From: Synechococcales cyanobacterium VAR_4_metabat_354
Lineage (GTDB): Bacteria > Cyanobacteriota > Cyanobacteriia > Cyanobacteriales > Chamaesiphonaceae
NCBI GenBank assembly: GCA_031414775.1
Contig: JANOQI010000010.1
Location: 1 to 32,945, forward strand
Direction of reading: 5' to 3'
DNA length: 32,945 nt
Shown: piece by piece, positions 1 to 11,036 of the stretch
How the letters are laid out: the number at the start of each line of letters is the position of its first letter
Position numbering within the stretch: position 1 is the stretch's first letter
Position numbers and translations under genes: made by a program
Notes under the pieces: generated by a model
Database searches by the model: none
Told to the model about the DNA's origin: nothing
The model's input: the letters and a program-made list of their open reading frames with translations, nothing else

Positions 1-137
1 ACATTCCCGGCATCGCTCTCCAGTTAATTGCTTTGTCAACATTCTCTGTGGATTGATTGCTTATTGTCATCAACCTAAGAAGCCAGGAATCGCTATGGAA
101 CACAATTTACTGGCTTCTGTTTAACCCGAACTCAGGT
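1..137 (+). mobile_element. Right end of an IS982-family insertion sequence (truncated by window edge)
   Basis: Transposase C-terminus in frame 2, followed immediately by a probable terminal inverted repeat ACCCGAACTCAGGT (124-137). Confidence 0.8.
2..124 (+). CDS. IS982-family transposase, C-terminal fragment (partial)
   Basis: Manual translation gives [46 protein letters not shown]...GLIAY..QPKKP matches the typical IS982 transposase C-terminus. Not in the ORF track. Confidence 0.85.
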   Translation, partial: HSRHRSPVNCFVNILCGLIAYCHQPKKPGIAMEHNLLASV

Positions 138-143
138 TAGTAT

Positions 144-171
144 AAAACCCCCAGAATCCCTATTCCAAGGG
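144..171 (-). terminator. Putative intrinsic terminator after prfA
   Basis: Minus strand reads CCCTTGGAAT-AGGG-ATTCTGGGGG-TTTT: a hairpin with G-U pairs plus a U tract. Confidence 0.55.
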
Positions 172-182
172 CAAATCTTAAA

Positions 183-1283
183 TTAACTCTCTGCTGTCGA
201 AGCCGCCAACTCCGCCAACCGCTCCTGCTGATCCTGAGAAATACAACTCTGAATCACCTCCTCCAAATCTCCTTCCAACACCGGATTCAAGTTGAAATTT
301 CGGCCTAAACGGTGATCAGTAGCGCGGCTATCTTTATAGTTGTAAGTACGAATCTTCTCCGATCGAGAACCCGTTCCCACCTGCGATCGCCGCATTGAAG
401 TCACCTCATCTTGCTGCTCCCGCAACTTAATGTCATAAAGCTTTGCCCGCAAAATCTGCATCGCCCGCTCCTTATTCTGACGCTGCGATCGCTCTTCCGT
501 ACAAAAGATCCGAATGCCCGTCGGTTTGTGAAACAAATCTGCTGCCGTCTCCACCTTGTTCACGTTCTGACCACCAGCACCGCCGGACCTAGCCGTACTC
601 ATTTCAATATCTTTGGGGTCAATGTAGATTTCTACTTCATCCACCTCTGGCATAATTGCTACCGTCGCCGTCGAAGTATGAACCCGTCCACTAGATTCTG
701 TTAAAGGCACCCGCTGTACCCGGTGAACACCAGCCTCAAACTTCAGCTCACTATAGACCATATCACCCTGGATTTCCAAGACAGCTTCTTTAAAACCGCC
801 CATTTCCGCTAGTGATTCACTCACTAACGCTACCTTCCAGCGCTTGGTCTCGGCATAACGGGAATACATCCGTAGCAAGTCACCTGCCCAAATACTGGCT
901 TCATCACCACCAGTACCTGCCCGGATTTCTAACATGATGTTCTTGTCATCATTAGGATCTTTAGGCAGCAGTAATACTTTGAGCCGCACTTCCAAAGTAT
1001 TAATTTTTTCGTCTAGCTCAGAGGCTTCTAGAGTGGCTAATTCCTGCATTTCTAAATCGGCACCAGAATCTTTGACCATTTGTCTGGCATCAATAAAGTC
1101 CTCTTGGGCTTTTTTCCAGTCGTCATAGGTATTAACAATGGTCTCTAAATCCGACCTAGCTTTCGCCACCCGCTGCAATTCCGCCGAATTGTTGATTACA
1201 TCTGGGTCAGCCAGTTTACGAGTTAATTCATTAAAAGTCTGTTCGACGGAGTTAAGTTTATCGATTAAATATGATTCAGCCAT
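183..1283 (-). CDS. prfA: Peptide chain release factor 1
   Basis: GGQ motif (GAGGQNVNK), PxT motif (RVPLTE), LEIRAGTGG. Start moved to MAESYL (ATG at 1283). Confidence 0.97.
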   Translation of the reverse strand: MAESYLIDKLNSVEQTFNELTRKLADPDVINNSAELQRVAKARSDLETIVNTYDDWKKAQEDFIDARQMVKDSGADLEMQELATLEASELDEKINTLEVRLKVLLLPKDPNDDKNIMLEIRAGTGGDEASIWAGDLLRMYSRYAETKRWKVALVSESLAEMGGFKEAVLEIQGDMVYSELKFEAGVHRVQRVPLTESSGRVHTSTATVAIMPEVDEVEIYIDPKDIEMSTARSGGAGGQNVNKVETAADLFHKPTGIRIFCTEERSQRQNKERAMQILRAKLYDIKLREQQDEVTSMRRSQVGTGSRSEKIRTYNYKDSRATDHRLGRNFNLNPVLEGDLEEVIQSCISQDQQERLAELAASTAES

Positions 1284-1317
1284 GATCTGCGCCTCGTAAT
1301 AAAATTCCCTAGATACC

Positions 1318-1362
1318 AAAAAGCATAGAGACAAAGGATCTAGTCCCTATCAGTCTCTATGC
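1318..1362 (-). terminator. Putative intrinsic terminator between rpmE and prfA
   Basis: 10-bp perfect inverted repeat GCATAGAGAC/GTCTCTATGC followed by TTTTT on the minus strand. Confidence 0.65.
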
Positions 1363-1379
1363 CAGGAAATTCTAAACAG

Positions 1380-1616
1380 CTACTTTTCGGTTTCAGCAGC
1401 AGCAGATTCGTCAATCATGCCGTACTTCCGCATAAAGCGTTCTACGCGACCTTCACTGTCAATAATTTTCTGGTTGCCAGTATAGAAAGGGTGATTGCCC
1501 GACCAAACGTCAACTCTTAGTTCTGGTTGAGTTGCGCCAACGGTCATCACCAATTCACCGTTACAAAATACTTTGGCATCAGGGTACCAAGTTGGATGGA
1601 TATCAGGTTTAGCCAT
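1380..1616 (-). CDS. rpmE: 50S ribosomal protein L31
   Basis: MAKPDIHPTW...DVWSGNHPFYTG...GRVERF. Start moved to ATG at 1616. Confidence 0.97.
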   Translation of the reverse strand: MAKPDIHPTWYPDAKVFCNGELVMTVGATQPELRVDVWSGNHPFYTGNQKIIDSEGRVERFMRKYGMIDESAAAETEK

Positions 1617-1695
1617 TGTTTTGTGAATATTTAAGTAATAATTATATGACGAGAAATTTGGGAGTGGAGCATCAAGATACTCCACCCAACAAAGA

Positions 1696-2109
1696 TTAAC
1701 GCTTGGAGTACTGAGGAGCCTTCCGGGCTTTTTTCAAACCGTACTTCTTCCGTTCCTTACAACGAGGGTCACGAGTCATGTAACCTTCAACCTTCAATGG
1801 TTTGCGGTTTTCTGGATTTAGTCCACATAGAGCACGGGCTACGCCCAACTTCACGGCGTCCGATTGACCAGTCAAGCCACCACCGTGGGCGTTGACCAAA
1901 ATATCATATTCGCCTTCTAAGCCCAAAGTTTCCAAGGGAGCCTTGGTTGCAGCTAAGTAACCAGTATTGAATTGGAAGTACAAGTCGCCTTCGGTACCAT
2001 TGACAATCAACTTACCAGTACCAGGAACCAACCGCACTCTGGCGATCGCCGATTTCCGCCGACCAGTGCCCCAATATACTGCTTTACCGCTTTGATCAGT
2101 TGCTTGCAT
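1696..2109 (-). CDS. rpsI: 30S ribosomal protein S9
   Basis: GTGRRK, GGGLTGQ and [11 protein letters not shown] motifs. Confidence 0.98.
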   Translation of the reverse strand: MQATDQSGKAVYWGTGRRKSAIARVRLVPGTGKLIVNGTEGDLYFQFNTGYLAATKAPLETLGLEGEYDILVNAHGGGLTGQSDAVKLGVARALCGLNPENRKPLKVEGYMTRDPRCKERKKYGLKKARKAPQYSKR

Positions 2110-2564
2110 TATTTATTACCCTTAGGAATAGTATTGATAATTAAAACTTCAGGTTTTTGAGCAGCATGGGGATGTTCCGTGCCAGCGTAAACCTTGAATT
2201 TGGTGAACAGGTGTCTACCCATCGAGTTTTTAGGCAACATGCCTTTGACAGCTTGTTCTAGAATTCTCTCTGGTAAACGATCTTGCAGTTTAGCAAAAGT
2301 TTCGGTTTTCATCCCACCAGGACGGCCAGAGTGCCGACGGTAGAGCTTTTGAGAACTTTTTTTGCCGGTAACTTCAATCTTCTCAGCATTGATTACCACC
2401 ACGAAATCACCGGTATCAATATGTGGTGTAAAGGTGGGCTTATTCTTGCCGCGCAAGATCATCGCAATCTCGGTTGCTAAGCGTCCTAAACGTTGGCCTT
2501 CAGCATCAACAATGTACCATTTCTGGTCGGCTTGATTGTCAATGGGTAAAATCGTTTTTTCCAT
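2109..2564 (-). CDS. rplM: 50S ribosomal protein L13
   Basis: WYIVDA...LGRLA...[10 protein letters not shown]. Start moved to MEKT (ATG at 2564). Confidence 0.97.
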   Translation of the reverse strand: MEKTILPIDNQADQKWYIVDAEGQRLGRLATEIAMILRGKNKPTFTPHIDTGDFVVVINAEKIEVTGKKSSQKLYRRHSGRPGGMKTETFAKLQDRLPERILEQAVKGMLPKNSMGRHLFTKFKVYAGTEHPHAAQKPEVLIINTIPKGNK

Positions 2565-2574
2565 AGTTTTAACT

Positions 2575-3429
2575 CTAAAATTCAGAAATATTGGGGGAAT
2601 CCAACAACCATTGCGGTTGGGTGTCGAACCAGACAGCGGGGACAAAGGGCATTTCCGGGTAACCAACTCGGAGTAAGCACAATCCTTTAGCCGGAGCCGA
2701 ATGTTTAACTAGGTCGCGCCGCTCAGTTTTCCAGATTTCGGTAAACTGCTCACAGCTGAGATCACCTCGGCCAACTAGTACTAGCATTCCAACTAGGAGA
2801 CGTACCATCCCGTACAAAAAACCATTGGCTTGGATTTCGATCGAGATCAGTGAACTGGAGGATTCACAACTCACTGCTTGCACTTCTACCCAGGAATGGG
2901 TACGGCTCGAATCGGAGCGATGAAAGGCACTGAGGTGATGATGACCGAGCAAGGGCTGAATAGCCTGCTCCATTTGCTCTACATCTAATGGCTGGTGATA
3001 ATGATGCCAGGTATACGGAGCCAAAAATAAGTTGGGTAAGGCATCGGTATAAATGGTGTAGCGGTAGCGTCGCCAAGTTGCCGAAAAGCGCGAATGCCAG
3101 TCTAGAGAAACAGCTGCCGAACCACGAATCATAATGTCATCGGGTAGGCGACTATTTAAGATAGATTGCCATTTATCTGGCGGCACGACGGTGTGAGCAT
3201 CGAAGTGGGCAATTTGCGCCGCTGCATGTACCCCGCTATCGGTCCGACCAGCACCTTGGACTTGCACGGGCTGTTTAAGAACGCTGGTGAGGACGTTCTC
3301 AATTTCTCCCTGCACACTCCGCTGATGAGGTTGGCGCTGCCAGCCGTGGAAATGAGTCCCGACATATTGAATTGCTAGAGCAACACGCTGTCGATCGCCA
3401 GTAGCTGGAATCACCAAGGAATCAGGCAC
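2575..3429 (-). CDS. truA: tRNA pseudouridine(38-40) synthase
   Basis: [16 protein letters not shown] (catalytic Asp), GFLYGMVR; conserved position in the cluster. Confidence 0.96.
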   Translation of the reverse strand: MPDSLVIPATGDRQRVALAIQYVGTHFHGWQRQPHQRSVQGEIENVLTSVLKQPVQVQGAGRTDSGVHAAAQIAHFDAHTVVPPDKWQSILNSRLPDDIMIRGSAAVSLDWHSRFSATWRRYRYTIYTDALPNLFLAPYTWHHYHQPLDVEQMEQAIQPLLGHHHLSAFHRSDSSRTHSWVEVQAVSCESSSSLISIEIQANGFLYGMVRLLVGMLVLVGRGDLSCEQFTEIWKTERRDLVKHSAPAKGLCLLRVGYPEMPFVPAVWFDTQPQWLLDSPNISEF

Positions 3430-3433
3430 AGAT

Positions 3434-3784
3434 TTACATCAACTCAATGATGGCCATTTCGGAGTTGTCACCACGACGACGCATGGTAGTTGTGATTTTG
3501 GTGTAACCACCCTTCCGATCGGCATAACGAGCAGGCGCACTCTCAAATAACCTATGGACCAAATCTTTGTCATAGATATAGCCCATCGCCATCCGGCGAT
3601 CGGCAAGGGTACCAGATTTAGCTAGAGTGATCATCCGTTCTGCTTCTGATCGCATGGCTTTCGCTCTAATCTTGGTGGTAGTAATTCGACCGTGGCGGAT
3701 CAACTCAGTGGTCAGGGAACGCAACAGAGCTTTTCTTTGGTCGGCTGGCTTGCCCAGCATGGGTACGCGGCAACCGTGGCGCAT
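3434..3784 (-). CDS. rplQ: 50S ribosomal protein L17
   Basis: MRH...GRITTT...GGYT...[13 protein letters not shown]. Confidence 0.98.
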   Translation of the reverse strand: MRHGCRVPMLGKPADQRKALLRSLTTELIRHGRITTTKIRAKAMRSEAERMITLAKSGTLADRRMAMGYIYDKDLVHRLFESAPARYADRKGGYTKITTTMRRRGDNSEMAIIELM

Positions 3785-3845
3785 TAGTTTTCTCCTAAAA
3801 CAAATAAAAACGAAAATCGGCTGGAGTTATTCCAGCCTGTTTGAT

Positions 3846-4841
3846 TTAACCCTTGGGGGTTTTATCGTGAGGTAACATAATGCCCAAACGACGCTGAAGG
3901 GCTTCAATTACTTCTTCAGCCGATTTCTGGCCAAAGTTTTTGATTTCCAACAGGTCTTCTTGGGTGTAACCCATTAAGTCCGAAACGGAATTAATCTGTG
4001 CTCGCTTGAGACAGTTGTAAGCCCGTACTGACAAGTTGAGTTCCTCGATCGGCACTTGGCTAGCGGGATCTTCTTCGGAGGTAAACTCCTCAGGAAATGC
4101 TTCTAGACTGATATCTTTAAGAGGATTGAGCAGATCTACCAAGATTTTGGCAGACTCACTTAAAGCTTCTTGGGGAGTAATACTGCCATCAGTCCAGATC
4201 TCTAAAATCAAACGATCCTTTTCTGGACAGCCGTCTACCCGGACATCTTCCACCAAATAGTTCACTTTCAAAACCGGCATGAATACTGCATCAATTTGCA
4301 ATAAATCCATGGCCAGACCCTGTTCGCGGAACTTATCAACAGAGCGATATCCTTTGCCCCGTTCAATCCGAAACTCCATTTCCAGCTTGCCACCTTCAGC
4401 AACAGTAGCTACATACTGGTTATGGTCAACAGCTTCTACCTCTGATGGCAACTCAAACATACCAGCGGTTACCCGAGCTGGACCAGTCACATTCAGACGG
4501 CCAATCTGGGGCTGAGAGGTATAGCTTTTAAGAACTACCTCTTTCATATTCAGCAGTAGTTCCAAAACATCTTGGCGCACCCCGACCAGAGTAGCAAACT
4601 CATGGTTGACCGTGGTGAACTTGGTTTCGCCTTTTTCGCCCCGAATATTTTCCGAGCGTACCAAACCAGCAATGCGCACTGCCGTAATGGCGGTGCCTTC
4701 CAAGTTGGATAGCAATACTCGGCGCAGAGCATTACCGATGGTGGTACCTTGACCACGATCTAATGCCTCTAGTACAAACTTGCTGTACTGAGTTTGATTA
4801 GGTTCGGACTTAGACTCGACACATTCGATCTGAAACTGCAT
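3846..4841 (-). CDS. rpoA: RNA polymerase subunit alpha
   Basis: GQGTTIGNALRRVLL, LSVRAYNCLKR, KNFGQKS; carries an 18-aa insertion (see findings). Confidence 0.98.
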   Translation of the reverse strand: MQFQIECVESKSEPNQTQYSKFVLEALDRGQGTTIGNALRRVLLSNLEGTAITAVRIAGLVRSENIRGEKGETKFTTVNHEFATLVGVRQDVLELLLNMKEVVLKSYTSQPQIGRLNVTGPARVTAGMFELPSEVEAVDHNQYVATVAEGGKLEMEFRIERGKGYRSVDKFREQGLAMDLLQIDAVFMPVLKVNYLVEDVRVDGCPEKDRLILEIWTDGSITPQEALSESAKILVDLLNPLKDISLEAFPEEFTSEEDPASQVPIEELNLSVRAYNCLKRAQINSVSDLMGYTQEDLLEIKNFGQKSAEEVIEALQRRLGIMLPHDKTPKG

Positions 4842-4885
4842 TACCAGTGACCTCCATTAAGCAGTTTGTACAAATACCACAAGCT

Positions 4886-5281
4886 CTAAACCCGTCGCCG
4901 CTTGGGTGAGCGGCAACCATTGTGAGGCACTGGGGTCACATCGCGAATCAAAGTGATTTCCAAGCCAGCACCTTGCAAAGCGCGAATGGCAGTTTCTCGA
5001 CCAGAGCCAGGACCACTGACCATGACTTCAATTTGACGCATTCCTTGATCCATCGCCCGCTTTGCTGCACTTTCTGAAGCGGTTTGGGCAGCAAAAGGAG
5101 TGCCTTTTTTCGCGCCTTTAAAGCCGCTAGCACCACTTGATGACCAAGAAATTACATCGCCATTATTGTCAGCGATCGTAATAATTGTATTGTTGAAGGT
5201 AGAGCTAATATAGGCAACACCATTGGGTACGTTGCGCTTTTGCTTTTTACTACCAGTTTTTTTACCGGGTTGTCGAGCCAT
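4886..5281 (-). CDS. rpsK: 30S ribosomal protein S11
   Basis: [20 protein letters not shown] motifs. Confidence 0.98.
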   Translation of the reverse strand: MARQPGKKTGSKKQKRNVPNGVAYISSTFNNTIITIADNNGDVISWSSSGASGFKGAKKGTPFAAQTASESAAKRAMDQGMRQIEVMVSGPGSGRETAIRALQGAGLEITLIRDVTPVPHNGCRSPKRRRV

Positions 5282-5436
5282 AGTCAGTACTAAATAATTT
5301 AGCTAGGTGATCGATTTAAGTTTCAACTGAGAAATTTATCAAAAGTCAAGTCAGATTTCAGAATTGCCCATTCACAGCTAACGGCCAATAGACCCAGAGG
5401 GTACTACTGACCAGCAAAAGCTATTCATAAAACTAT

Positions 5437-5820
5437 CTATTTCTTGCCGGGTGCTTTTTTCTTACCAGCAACTGTCGCCCGCCGACCACGTCTAGTACGG
5501 GCATTGGTGCGAGTCCGTTGACCACGTACAGGTAGACCCATACGGTGACGGCGACCGCGATATGTACCGATGTCGGCTAATCGCTTGATATTCATTTGTT
5601 CCCACCGTCTGAGGTCACCCTCAATCTGGTAGTCTTTTTCTACGGTTTCCCGCAAGACGGAAACATCAGCTTCGCTGAGATCTTTGACACGAGTGTCTGG
5701 GTTAACCCCCGTCTTCGCCAAGACCTGATGCGATCTTGTTAGACCAATTCCGTAGATGTATGTGAGACCAATTTCGATCCGCTTGTCGCGGGGCAGGTCT
5801 ACACCAGCTATCCGTGCCAC
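5437..5820 (-). CDS. rpsM: 30S ribosomal protein S13
   Basis: [28 protein letters not shown] start. Confidence 0.98.
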   Translation of the reverse strand: MARIAGVDLPRDKRIEIGLTYIYGIGLTRSHQVLAKTGVNPDTRVKDLSEADVSVLRETVEKDYQIEGDLRRWEQMNIKRLADIGTYRGRRHRMGLPVRGQRTRTNARTRRGRRATVAGKKKAPGKK

Positions 5821-5893
5821 ACTTTATTCTCCCTATCGAGTTTACGACTGAATTGAACATAAAACAGCCCAAATAATTTACCGAGTTAGTAAA

Positions 5894-6007
5894 TTATCCT
5901 TGACGCTGCTTGTGTTTGGGGTTGGTACAGATGACCATTACCCGGCCACGTCGTTTGATGACGCGACACTTTTCACATATCTTTTTAACTGATGCTCTGA
6001 CTTTCAT
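5894..6007 (-). CDS. rpmJ: 50S ribosomal protein L36
   Basis: Manual translation gives [37 protein letters not shown] (37 aa; not in the ORF track). Confidence 0.97.
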   Translation of the reverse strand: MKVRASVKKICEKCRVIKRRGRVMVICTNPKHKQRQG

Positions 6008-6037
6008 GCCAAATTGGGGCAATAGTGCAAGTTTTAT

Positions 6038-6066
6038 ATTATAGCGAAGAAAGAAGGACATGTAAA
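6038..6066 (-). promoter_or_regulatory. Putative sigma70-type internal promoter for rpmJ-rpsM-rpsK-rpoA
   Basis: TTTACA (6061-6066), 17-nt spacer, TATAAT (6038-6043) on the minus strand. Confidence 0.6.
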
Positions 6067-6103
6067 CTGCTTACATGCCAAGTCTCATCCTTTTTGGAAC
6101 TGT

Positions 6104-6334
6104 TTAACGACCTTTATTACGCAGGCGATAGGTAATACGTCCCTTACTCAAATCGTAAGGAGTTAGTTCTACTTTCACCCGATCGCCTTGCAGAATCTTG
6201 ATGTAATTCCGACGAATCTTACCGGAAATATGCGCTAAGACATTAAAACCATTATCCAAATCTACCCGGAACATGGCGTTGGGCAATGACTCCATTACAG
6301 TACCTTCCATCTCAATCAAATCTTGCTTAGACAA
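6104..6334 (-). CDS. infA: Translation initiation factor IF-1
   Basis: [25 protein letters not shown] start. Confidence 0.97.
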   Translation of the reverse strand: MSKQDLIEMEGTVMESLPNAMFRVDLDNGFNVLAHISGKIRRNYIKILQGDRVKVELTPYDLSKGRITYRLRNKGR

Positions 6335-6400
6335 GTGTTAAATACCTCAAATTGAACAAAATTAATACAGTAGCCACCAATACTCAACTCTATTCTAGCA

Positions 6401-6432
6401 AACAAAATTGCCGCCATTGACAGACGGCAATT
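6401..6432 (-). terminator. Hairpin/putative terminator after adk
   Basis: Minus strand reads AATTGCCGTC-TGTCAAT-GGCGGCAATT-TTGTTT. An extended -10-like TGCTAGAAT follows at 6392-6400. Confidence 0.5.
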
Positions 6433-6452
6433 AAAGTTGTACTGAATAAACT

Positions 6453-7004
6453 TTACTTCAGAGCTGCTTTGAGAGCGCTGGCAACTAGTTTAAGATCTTG
6501 GTTACCATTTACTTGGCGCATGCGTTGCTGCTTTTGATAAACAGCAATCAGGGGTGAGGTTTGCTGATGGTAGACGACCAACCGCTTGCGAATAACATCG
6601 GCATTATCGTCAGCACGACCACGCAACAGCAATCTTTCCACCAAAACATCGTCGGGGACAAATAATTCTAAAGCAACATAGTCTGGCTGATTGATTTCTG
6701 CCAATAATTGATCGAGGAATGCCGCCTGGGCAGCGTTGCGCGGAAAACCATCTAGAATCCAACCCTTTGCTGCATCAGATTGGGCTAGCCGATCGCGGAT
6801 CAGATCTAGAATCAGTGAATCCGGTAACAGATCGCCAGCATCCATGTAGCTTTTAGCTTTGAGACCCAACTCAGTTTGATCTTTGACAGCAGCCCGCAAA
6901 ATATCACCAGTGGAAATATGCGGAATTTGCAGATTTTCTGCCAAAATTTGAGCTTGAGTGCCCTTCCCAGCACCAGGTGCTCCAATAAAAATCAATCTAG
7001 TCAT
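6453..7004 (-). CDS. adk: Adenylate kinase (short type)
   Basis: GAPGAGKGTQ P-loop, HISTGDILR, LDGFPR. Confidence 0.97.
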   Translation of the reverse strand: MTRLIFIGAPGAGKGTQAQILAENLQIPHISTGDILRAAVKDQTELGLKAKSYMDAGDLLPDSLILDLIRDRLAQSDAAKGWILDGFPRNAAQAAFLDQLLAEINQPDYVALELFVPDDVLVERLLLRGRADDNADVIRKRLVVYHQQTSPLIAVYQKQQRMRQVNGNQDLKLVASALKAALK

Positions 7005-7009
7005 AGGCT

Positions 7010-8362
7010 CTACTGTTTCACCATCCCTTCATAGCGTTGGGAGATAACGTAGGTTTGGACTTGCTTGGCAGTTTCGATCGCTACCCCTACCAAAATCAGT
7101 AGGGAAGTTGCTCCAAAACCCTGAAAAGTAGTCACACCTAGAGCGTTCTCAATCACAGTGGGGATAATCGCCACTGCACCTAAAAATAATGAACCTAACA
7201 AAGTCAGACGGTTTAAAATACTTTCGATGTATTTACTAGTAGCTTGACCAGGCCGCACACCTGGAATACTCGCACCCATTTTCTTGAGGTTTTGCGCCAT
7301 ATCTACCGGATTGACTACCAAAGTAGAATAAAAATAGCTAAAAAAGACAATCAACAGCACATAAACTGAGGTGTAAATCCAAGGTGTTGAACCAGTTGGA
7401 TTCATCGCATTTGCAGCGTTATTCAGGCCAGTATGAATAGCATTTAAAACAGGATTGGTAGCTGCTCCAGTCGCAGTAACACCAGCCAGAGCCTGAGGTA
7501 ACACCAGTACAGAAGAGGCGAAAATAATGGGCATCACCCCACCTTGATTGAGCCGCAGCGGCAAATAACTGGTGCGTTCACGGTACAAGCGTCGGCCTAC
7601 TTGACGCTTGGCCGAGATAATCGGGATTTGGCGCGCTCCTTCTTGGACAAAAACAATACAGACCGTCATTACAACGAATACGGCCAACAGAGCACCAGCA
7701 CGAATCAGAATCTGATTATCACCAGTACTAGCTAACTCAAAGGTTTGTTGTAAAGATTTTGGAAAAACAGCCACGATGCTGATAAATATCAACAGAGAAG
7801 CGCCATTACCAATACCGCGCTCCGTAATCAGCTCGGAGATCCACATCACAAACATAGAACCAGCCACTAATGCTAGTACCGAACCCACCACAAACAGTGG
7901 TCCTTCATTGCCAGGCAAAGCATATTTTTGGAGAAATAAGGAAATTCCGATGCTCTGCACTATTGCCCAACCCAAAGCTACATAGCGAGTAATTTGAGAG
8001 ATTTTACGCCGCCCGGCTTCTCCTTCCTCTTTTTGCAGACGCTCTAGGTAAGGCAAAGCCGTAGTCAAAAGCTGCAAAATAATCGAAGCATTAATATAGG
8101 GAATGATTCCCAGTGCAAATACACCCACAGCCGAGAGGCCGCCACCGGAAAGAATATCCAGGAAGCCAATAATAGAGCTGCCTTGAAGTGCTCCAGCCAG
8201 CTGTGTTCGATCGACACCAGGCATGGGCAAATAAACACCCAGTCTGGCCAAGATCAATAGGCCAATAGTGGTCAAAATTCGACCACGGAGACCAGCAGCT
8301 TTTGCCATCTGCCCAAATGTTTCCTGAGCGCTAGGCGCTCGGTCTTTACTCACTGCATTCAT
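7010..8362 (-). CDS. secY: Preprotein translocase subunit SecY
   Basis: ALGIIPYINASII, GIGNGASL, GVMPIIFA, IPGVRPG; multiple TM helices. Confidence 0.98.
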   Translation of the reverse strand: MNAVSKDRAPSAQETFGQMAKAAGLRGRILTTIGLLILARLGVYLPMPGVDRTQLAGALQGSSIIGFLDILSGGGLSAVGVFALGIIPYINASIILQLLTTALPYLERLQKEEGEAGRRKISQITRYVALGWAIVQSIGISLFLQKYALPGNEGPLFVVGSVLALVAGSMFVMWISELITERGIGNGASLLIFISIVAVFPKSLQQTFELASTGDNQILIRAGALLAVFVVMTVCIVFVQEGARQIPIISAKRQVGRRLYRERTSYLPLRLNQGGVMPIIFASSVLVLPQALAGVTATGAATNPVLNAIHTGLNNAANAMNPTGSTPWIYTSVYVLLIVFFSYFYSTLVVNPVDMAQNLKKMGASIPGVRPGQATSKYIESILNRLTLLGSLFLGAVAIIPTVIENALGVTTFQGFGATSLLILVGVAIETAKQVQTYVISQRYEGMVKQ

Positions 8363-8525
8363 CTAATTAGAATACCTCGATTAAAATTTATGGTTTTTTA
8401 CTGATATAGATTTGAATCCAGATCAACTTGGATTTATTAACAAGTACTAATTTTATGATTAGACATTTTCACTATTCTATCCTCCCCACTTCCGATTGGG
8501 ATCAGCATTACCGCAAAATCGACCC

Positions 8526-8577
8526 AAAAAGCAAACCCACCGTAAGCTGGCACGATAGCCAGATACACGATGGATTC
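8526..8577 (-). terminator. Putative terminator hairpin after rplO
   Basis: Minus strand forms a long stem GAATCCATCGTG..CTGGC-loop-GCCAG..TACGGTGGGTTT followed by GCTTTTT. Confidence 0.5.
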
Positions 8578-8595
8578 ACCAGAAACTTAAAAAGT

Positions 8596-9039
8596 CTAGA
8601 TGACTTCACAAGTGCCACCAGCGGCCTCAATTTTAGCCTTGGCTCCGGTAGTGAAAGCAGCCGCTTTACAAGTTAGAGCTACAGACAAGTCACCGTCGCC
8701 TAAAAGCTTCAGGGGACCATCATTGGTAGTAACAATACCAGCGGCCATCAAAGATTCGATTGTTACTTCAGTATTAGTAGGCAAGGCAGCTAATTTACTG
8801 ACGTTAATAATGGTGTATTCCTTACGGTTAATCAGCGGGAAGCTTTTAAGCTTCGGTAAGCGCCGATACAGGGGCATTTGTCCCCCTTCAAATCCGGGAC
8901 GAGTGGGACGGCCAGAACGAGACTTTTGGCCACGCATCCCGAAACCGCCACTAGCACCTTGACCAGCTGCCACACCGCGCCCGATCCGGCGTTTGCGGTG
9001 TTTAGAACCCGCTTTGGGTTTTGCGTCGTTTAATCTCAT
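8596..9039 (-). CDS. rplO: 50S ribosomal protein L15
   Basis: [20 protein letters not shown]. Confidence 0.98.
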   Translation of the reverse strand: MRLNDAKPKAGSKHRKRRIGRGVAAGQGASGGFGMRGQKSRSGRPTRPGFEGGQMPLYRRLPKLKSFPLINRKEYTIINVSKLAALPTNTEVTIESLMAAGIVTTNDGPLKLLGDGDLSVALTCKAAAFTTGAKAKIEAAGGTCEVI

Positions 9040-9073
9040 TGTTAATGAATCTCAAGTGAAAATGGGATGGGAT

Positions 9074-9616
9074 TTAGGCGAACAAGCTCTCAACGGTCAC
9101 ACCGCGATCTTCTGCCACCTGATTGAAACTACGTAAGGTTTGCAGAGCATTGACTGCAGCCCGAGCGTTGTTGAGAGGATTACCAGAACCCAGCTGCTTA
9201 GCCAAAATATTCTTGACACCAGCTAGTTCTAGTACAGTACGCACAGCACCCCCAGCAATTACTCCAGTACCAGGAGCAGCCGGACGCATCATGACATTGG
9301 CACCACCACCGGCTCCAACGATCGGATGGGGAATGGTGTTGGACTTAGTGAGAGGTACGTCAACTAGGTGTTTTTTGCCATCGGCGACACCTTTTTTGAC
9401 GGCTCCGATCACATCACTGGCTTTGCCGACACCAACGCCGACTTGACCTTTTTCGTTACCGATAACAACTATTGCACGGAAGCTGAGTTTTTTACCACCC
9501 TTTACTACCTTACTCACCCGTCGAATTTGGATAATGCGCTCTTGGTAGGCTGATTCCTTTTCTTTGTTGGATTTATTGCCTTTACCGCGCTTTTGCTGCT
9601 GTTGCTCTTTTGCCAT
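9074..9616 (-). CDS. rpsE: 30S ribosomal protein S5
   Basis: [21 protein letters not shown]. Confidence 0.98.
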   Translation of the reverse strand: MAKEQQQQKRGKGNKSNKEKESAYQERIIQIRRVSKVVKGGKKLSFRAIVVIGNEKGQVGVGVGKASDVIGAVKKGVADGKKHLVDVPLTKSNTIPHPIVGAGGGANVMMRPAAPGTGVIAGGAVRTVLELAGVKNILAKQLGSGNPLNNARAAVNALQTLRSFNQVAEDRGVTVESLFA

Positions 9617-9645
9617 GATTTTAATATATGTTTTATCTGAAATAA

Positions 9646-10008
9646 TTAGAAATCTAAGCCAGCCGCACGCGCAGCCTCGGCAAGGGCTTTAACTCGACCG
9701 TGATACAAGTTACCGCCTCGATCGAATACCACTTGGGCAACACCTTTGGCTAGAGCGCGTTCAGCAACTAATTTACCAACGGCAGTAGCCGCTTCGATGT
9801 TACCACCAGAGCTGAGTTTGGTTTTGATTTCTTTATCAACAGTGGCCGCAGCAGCCAAAGTATGCTGCTGAACATCATCAATTACTTGAGCATAGATATG
9901 TTGGCCAGAGCGAAAGATCGCTAGTCTGGGTCGGGCAAGAGAACCACTGACCCGCTTCCGTACACGGAAGTGCCGACGCTGTAGAGAGGCTTTACGAGTT
10001 AATTTCAT
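9646..10008 (-). CDS. rplR: 50S ribosomal protein L18
   Basis: [23 protein letters not shown]. Confidence 0.98.
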   Translation of the reverse strand: MKLTRKASLQRRHFRVRKRVSGSLARPRLAIFRSGQHIYAQVIDDVQQHTLAAAATVDKEIKTKLSSGGNIEAATAVGKLVAERALAKGVAQVVFDRGGNLYHGRVKALAEAARAAGLDF

Positions 10009-10011
10009 AAT

Positions 10012-10551
10012 CTATTTCTTACCTGATTTACCAGCTTTACGTCTGACGACTTCGCCTGCGTAGCGAATACCCTTGCCTTTATAAACTTCGGGCGGTCTAA
10101 CATCGCGAATCCGAGCGGCGGTATTGCCCACCAATTCTTTATCGATGCCACTCACTGTAACGTTGGTGGTACCTTCTACCGCCATTTGGATACCAGCTGG
10201 TGGGATGATTTCGACAGGCTTACTATAACCAACGTTCAAAATTAAATTACTACCTTGCACCTGTGCCCGGTAACCAACTCCTTGGATTTCCAACTTTTTC
10301 TGAAAACCTTGGGATACACCATCAACCATGTTGGAAACAAGTGTCCGACATAAGCCATGACGTTGGCGTGCCATCCGCGACTCATTGACCCGCGTGACAG
10401 AGAGAGTCGTACCCTCTTTGTCAATTTTAACGCCTTCAGGCAACACTCTGGAGAGTTGGCCTTTAGGACCTTTTACAGAAACTTTTTGACCATCGATCGT
10501 TACTTCCACCTTAGCGGGCAGTTCGATCGGTCTTTTACCAATACGAGACAT
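10012..10551 (-). CDS. rplF: 50S ribosomal protein L6
   Basis: [25 protein letters not shown]. Confidence 0.98.
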   Translation of the reverse strand: MSRIGKRPIELPAKVEVTIDGQKVSVKGPKGQLSRVLPEGVKIDKEGTTLSVTRVNESRMARQRHGLCRTLVSNMVDGVSQGFQKKLEIQGVGYRAQVQGSNLILNVGYSKPVEIIPPAGIQMAVEGTTNVTVSGIDKELVGNTAARIRDVRPPEVYKGKGIRYAGEVVRRKAGKSGKK

Positions 10552-10605
10552 ATGTGGGGATTTCTCCTTGTCAATTTACTTTTTTTGAATCAGGGGAGAA
10601 AGAAA

Positions 10606-11007
10606 CTACCAAACGTAGCAAAGAACTTCGCCGCCTAGACCTTGTTTCCGAGCTTCCCTATCGGTCATGATGCCGCTGGAAGTGGAAATAATTGCAATCC
10701 CAATACCTCCCAAGACCTTAGGTAGATCCTTGTGGTTGGAATAAACGCGCAGGCCGGGTTTACTCACCCGCTTCATAGCAGTGATAATTGGCTGGCGATT
10801 TTTGTTTTTATATTTGAGTGCCAGCACTAAATGTCTGGTGATACCTTCACCCTCTTCAGTAATCTCAGCAATATAGCCTTCGCTCTGGAGAACTTTGGCA
10901 ATACTGCGGGTCATCTTGGTAGAAGGGATGTCCGTGGTTTGGTGCTTGACAATGCTCGAATTGCGAATCCGAGTCAACATGTCTGAAATAGTGTCGTGTG
11001 CCGCCAT
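10606..11007 (-). CDS. rpsH: 30S ribosomal protein S8
   Basis: [25 protein letters not shown]. Confidence 0.98.
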   Translation of the reverse strand: MAAHDTISDMLTRIRNSSIVKHQTTDIPSTKMTRSIAKVLQSEGYIAEITEEGEGITRHLVLALKYKNKNRQPIITAMKRVSKPGLRVYSNHKDLPKVLGGIGIAIISTSSGIMTDREARKQGLGGEVLCYVW

Positions 11008-11036
11008 TGTGTCAGTTTTTAGTTGTTAGTGGCTAC

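Noticed and set aside
1284..2666. N-terminal extensions on PrfA, L31 and L13 in the ORF track
   Set aside because: Artefacts of longest-ORF calling; downstream ATGs give family-typical starts.
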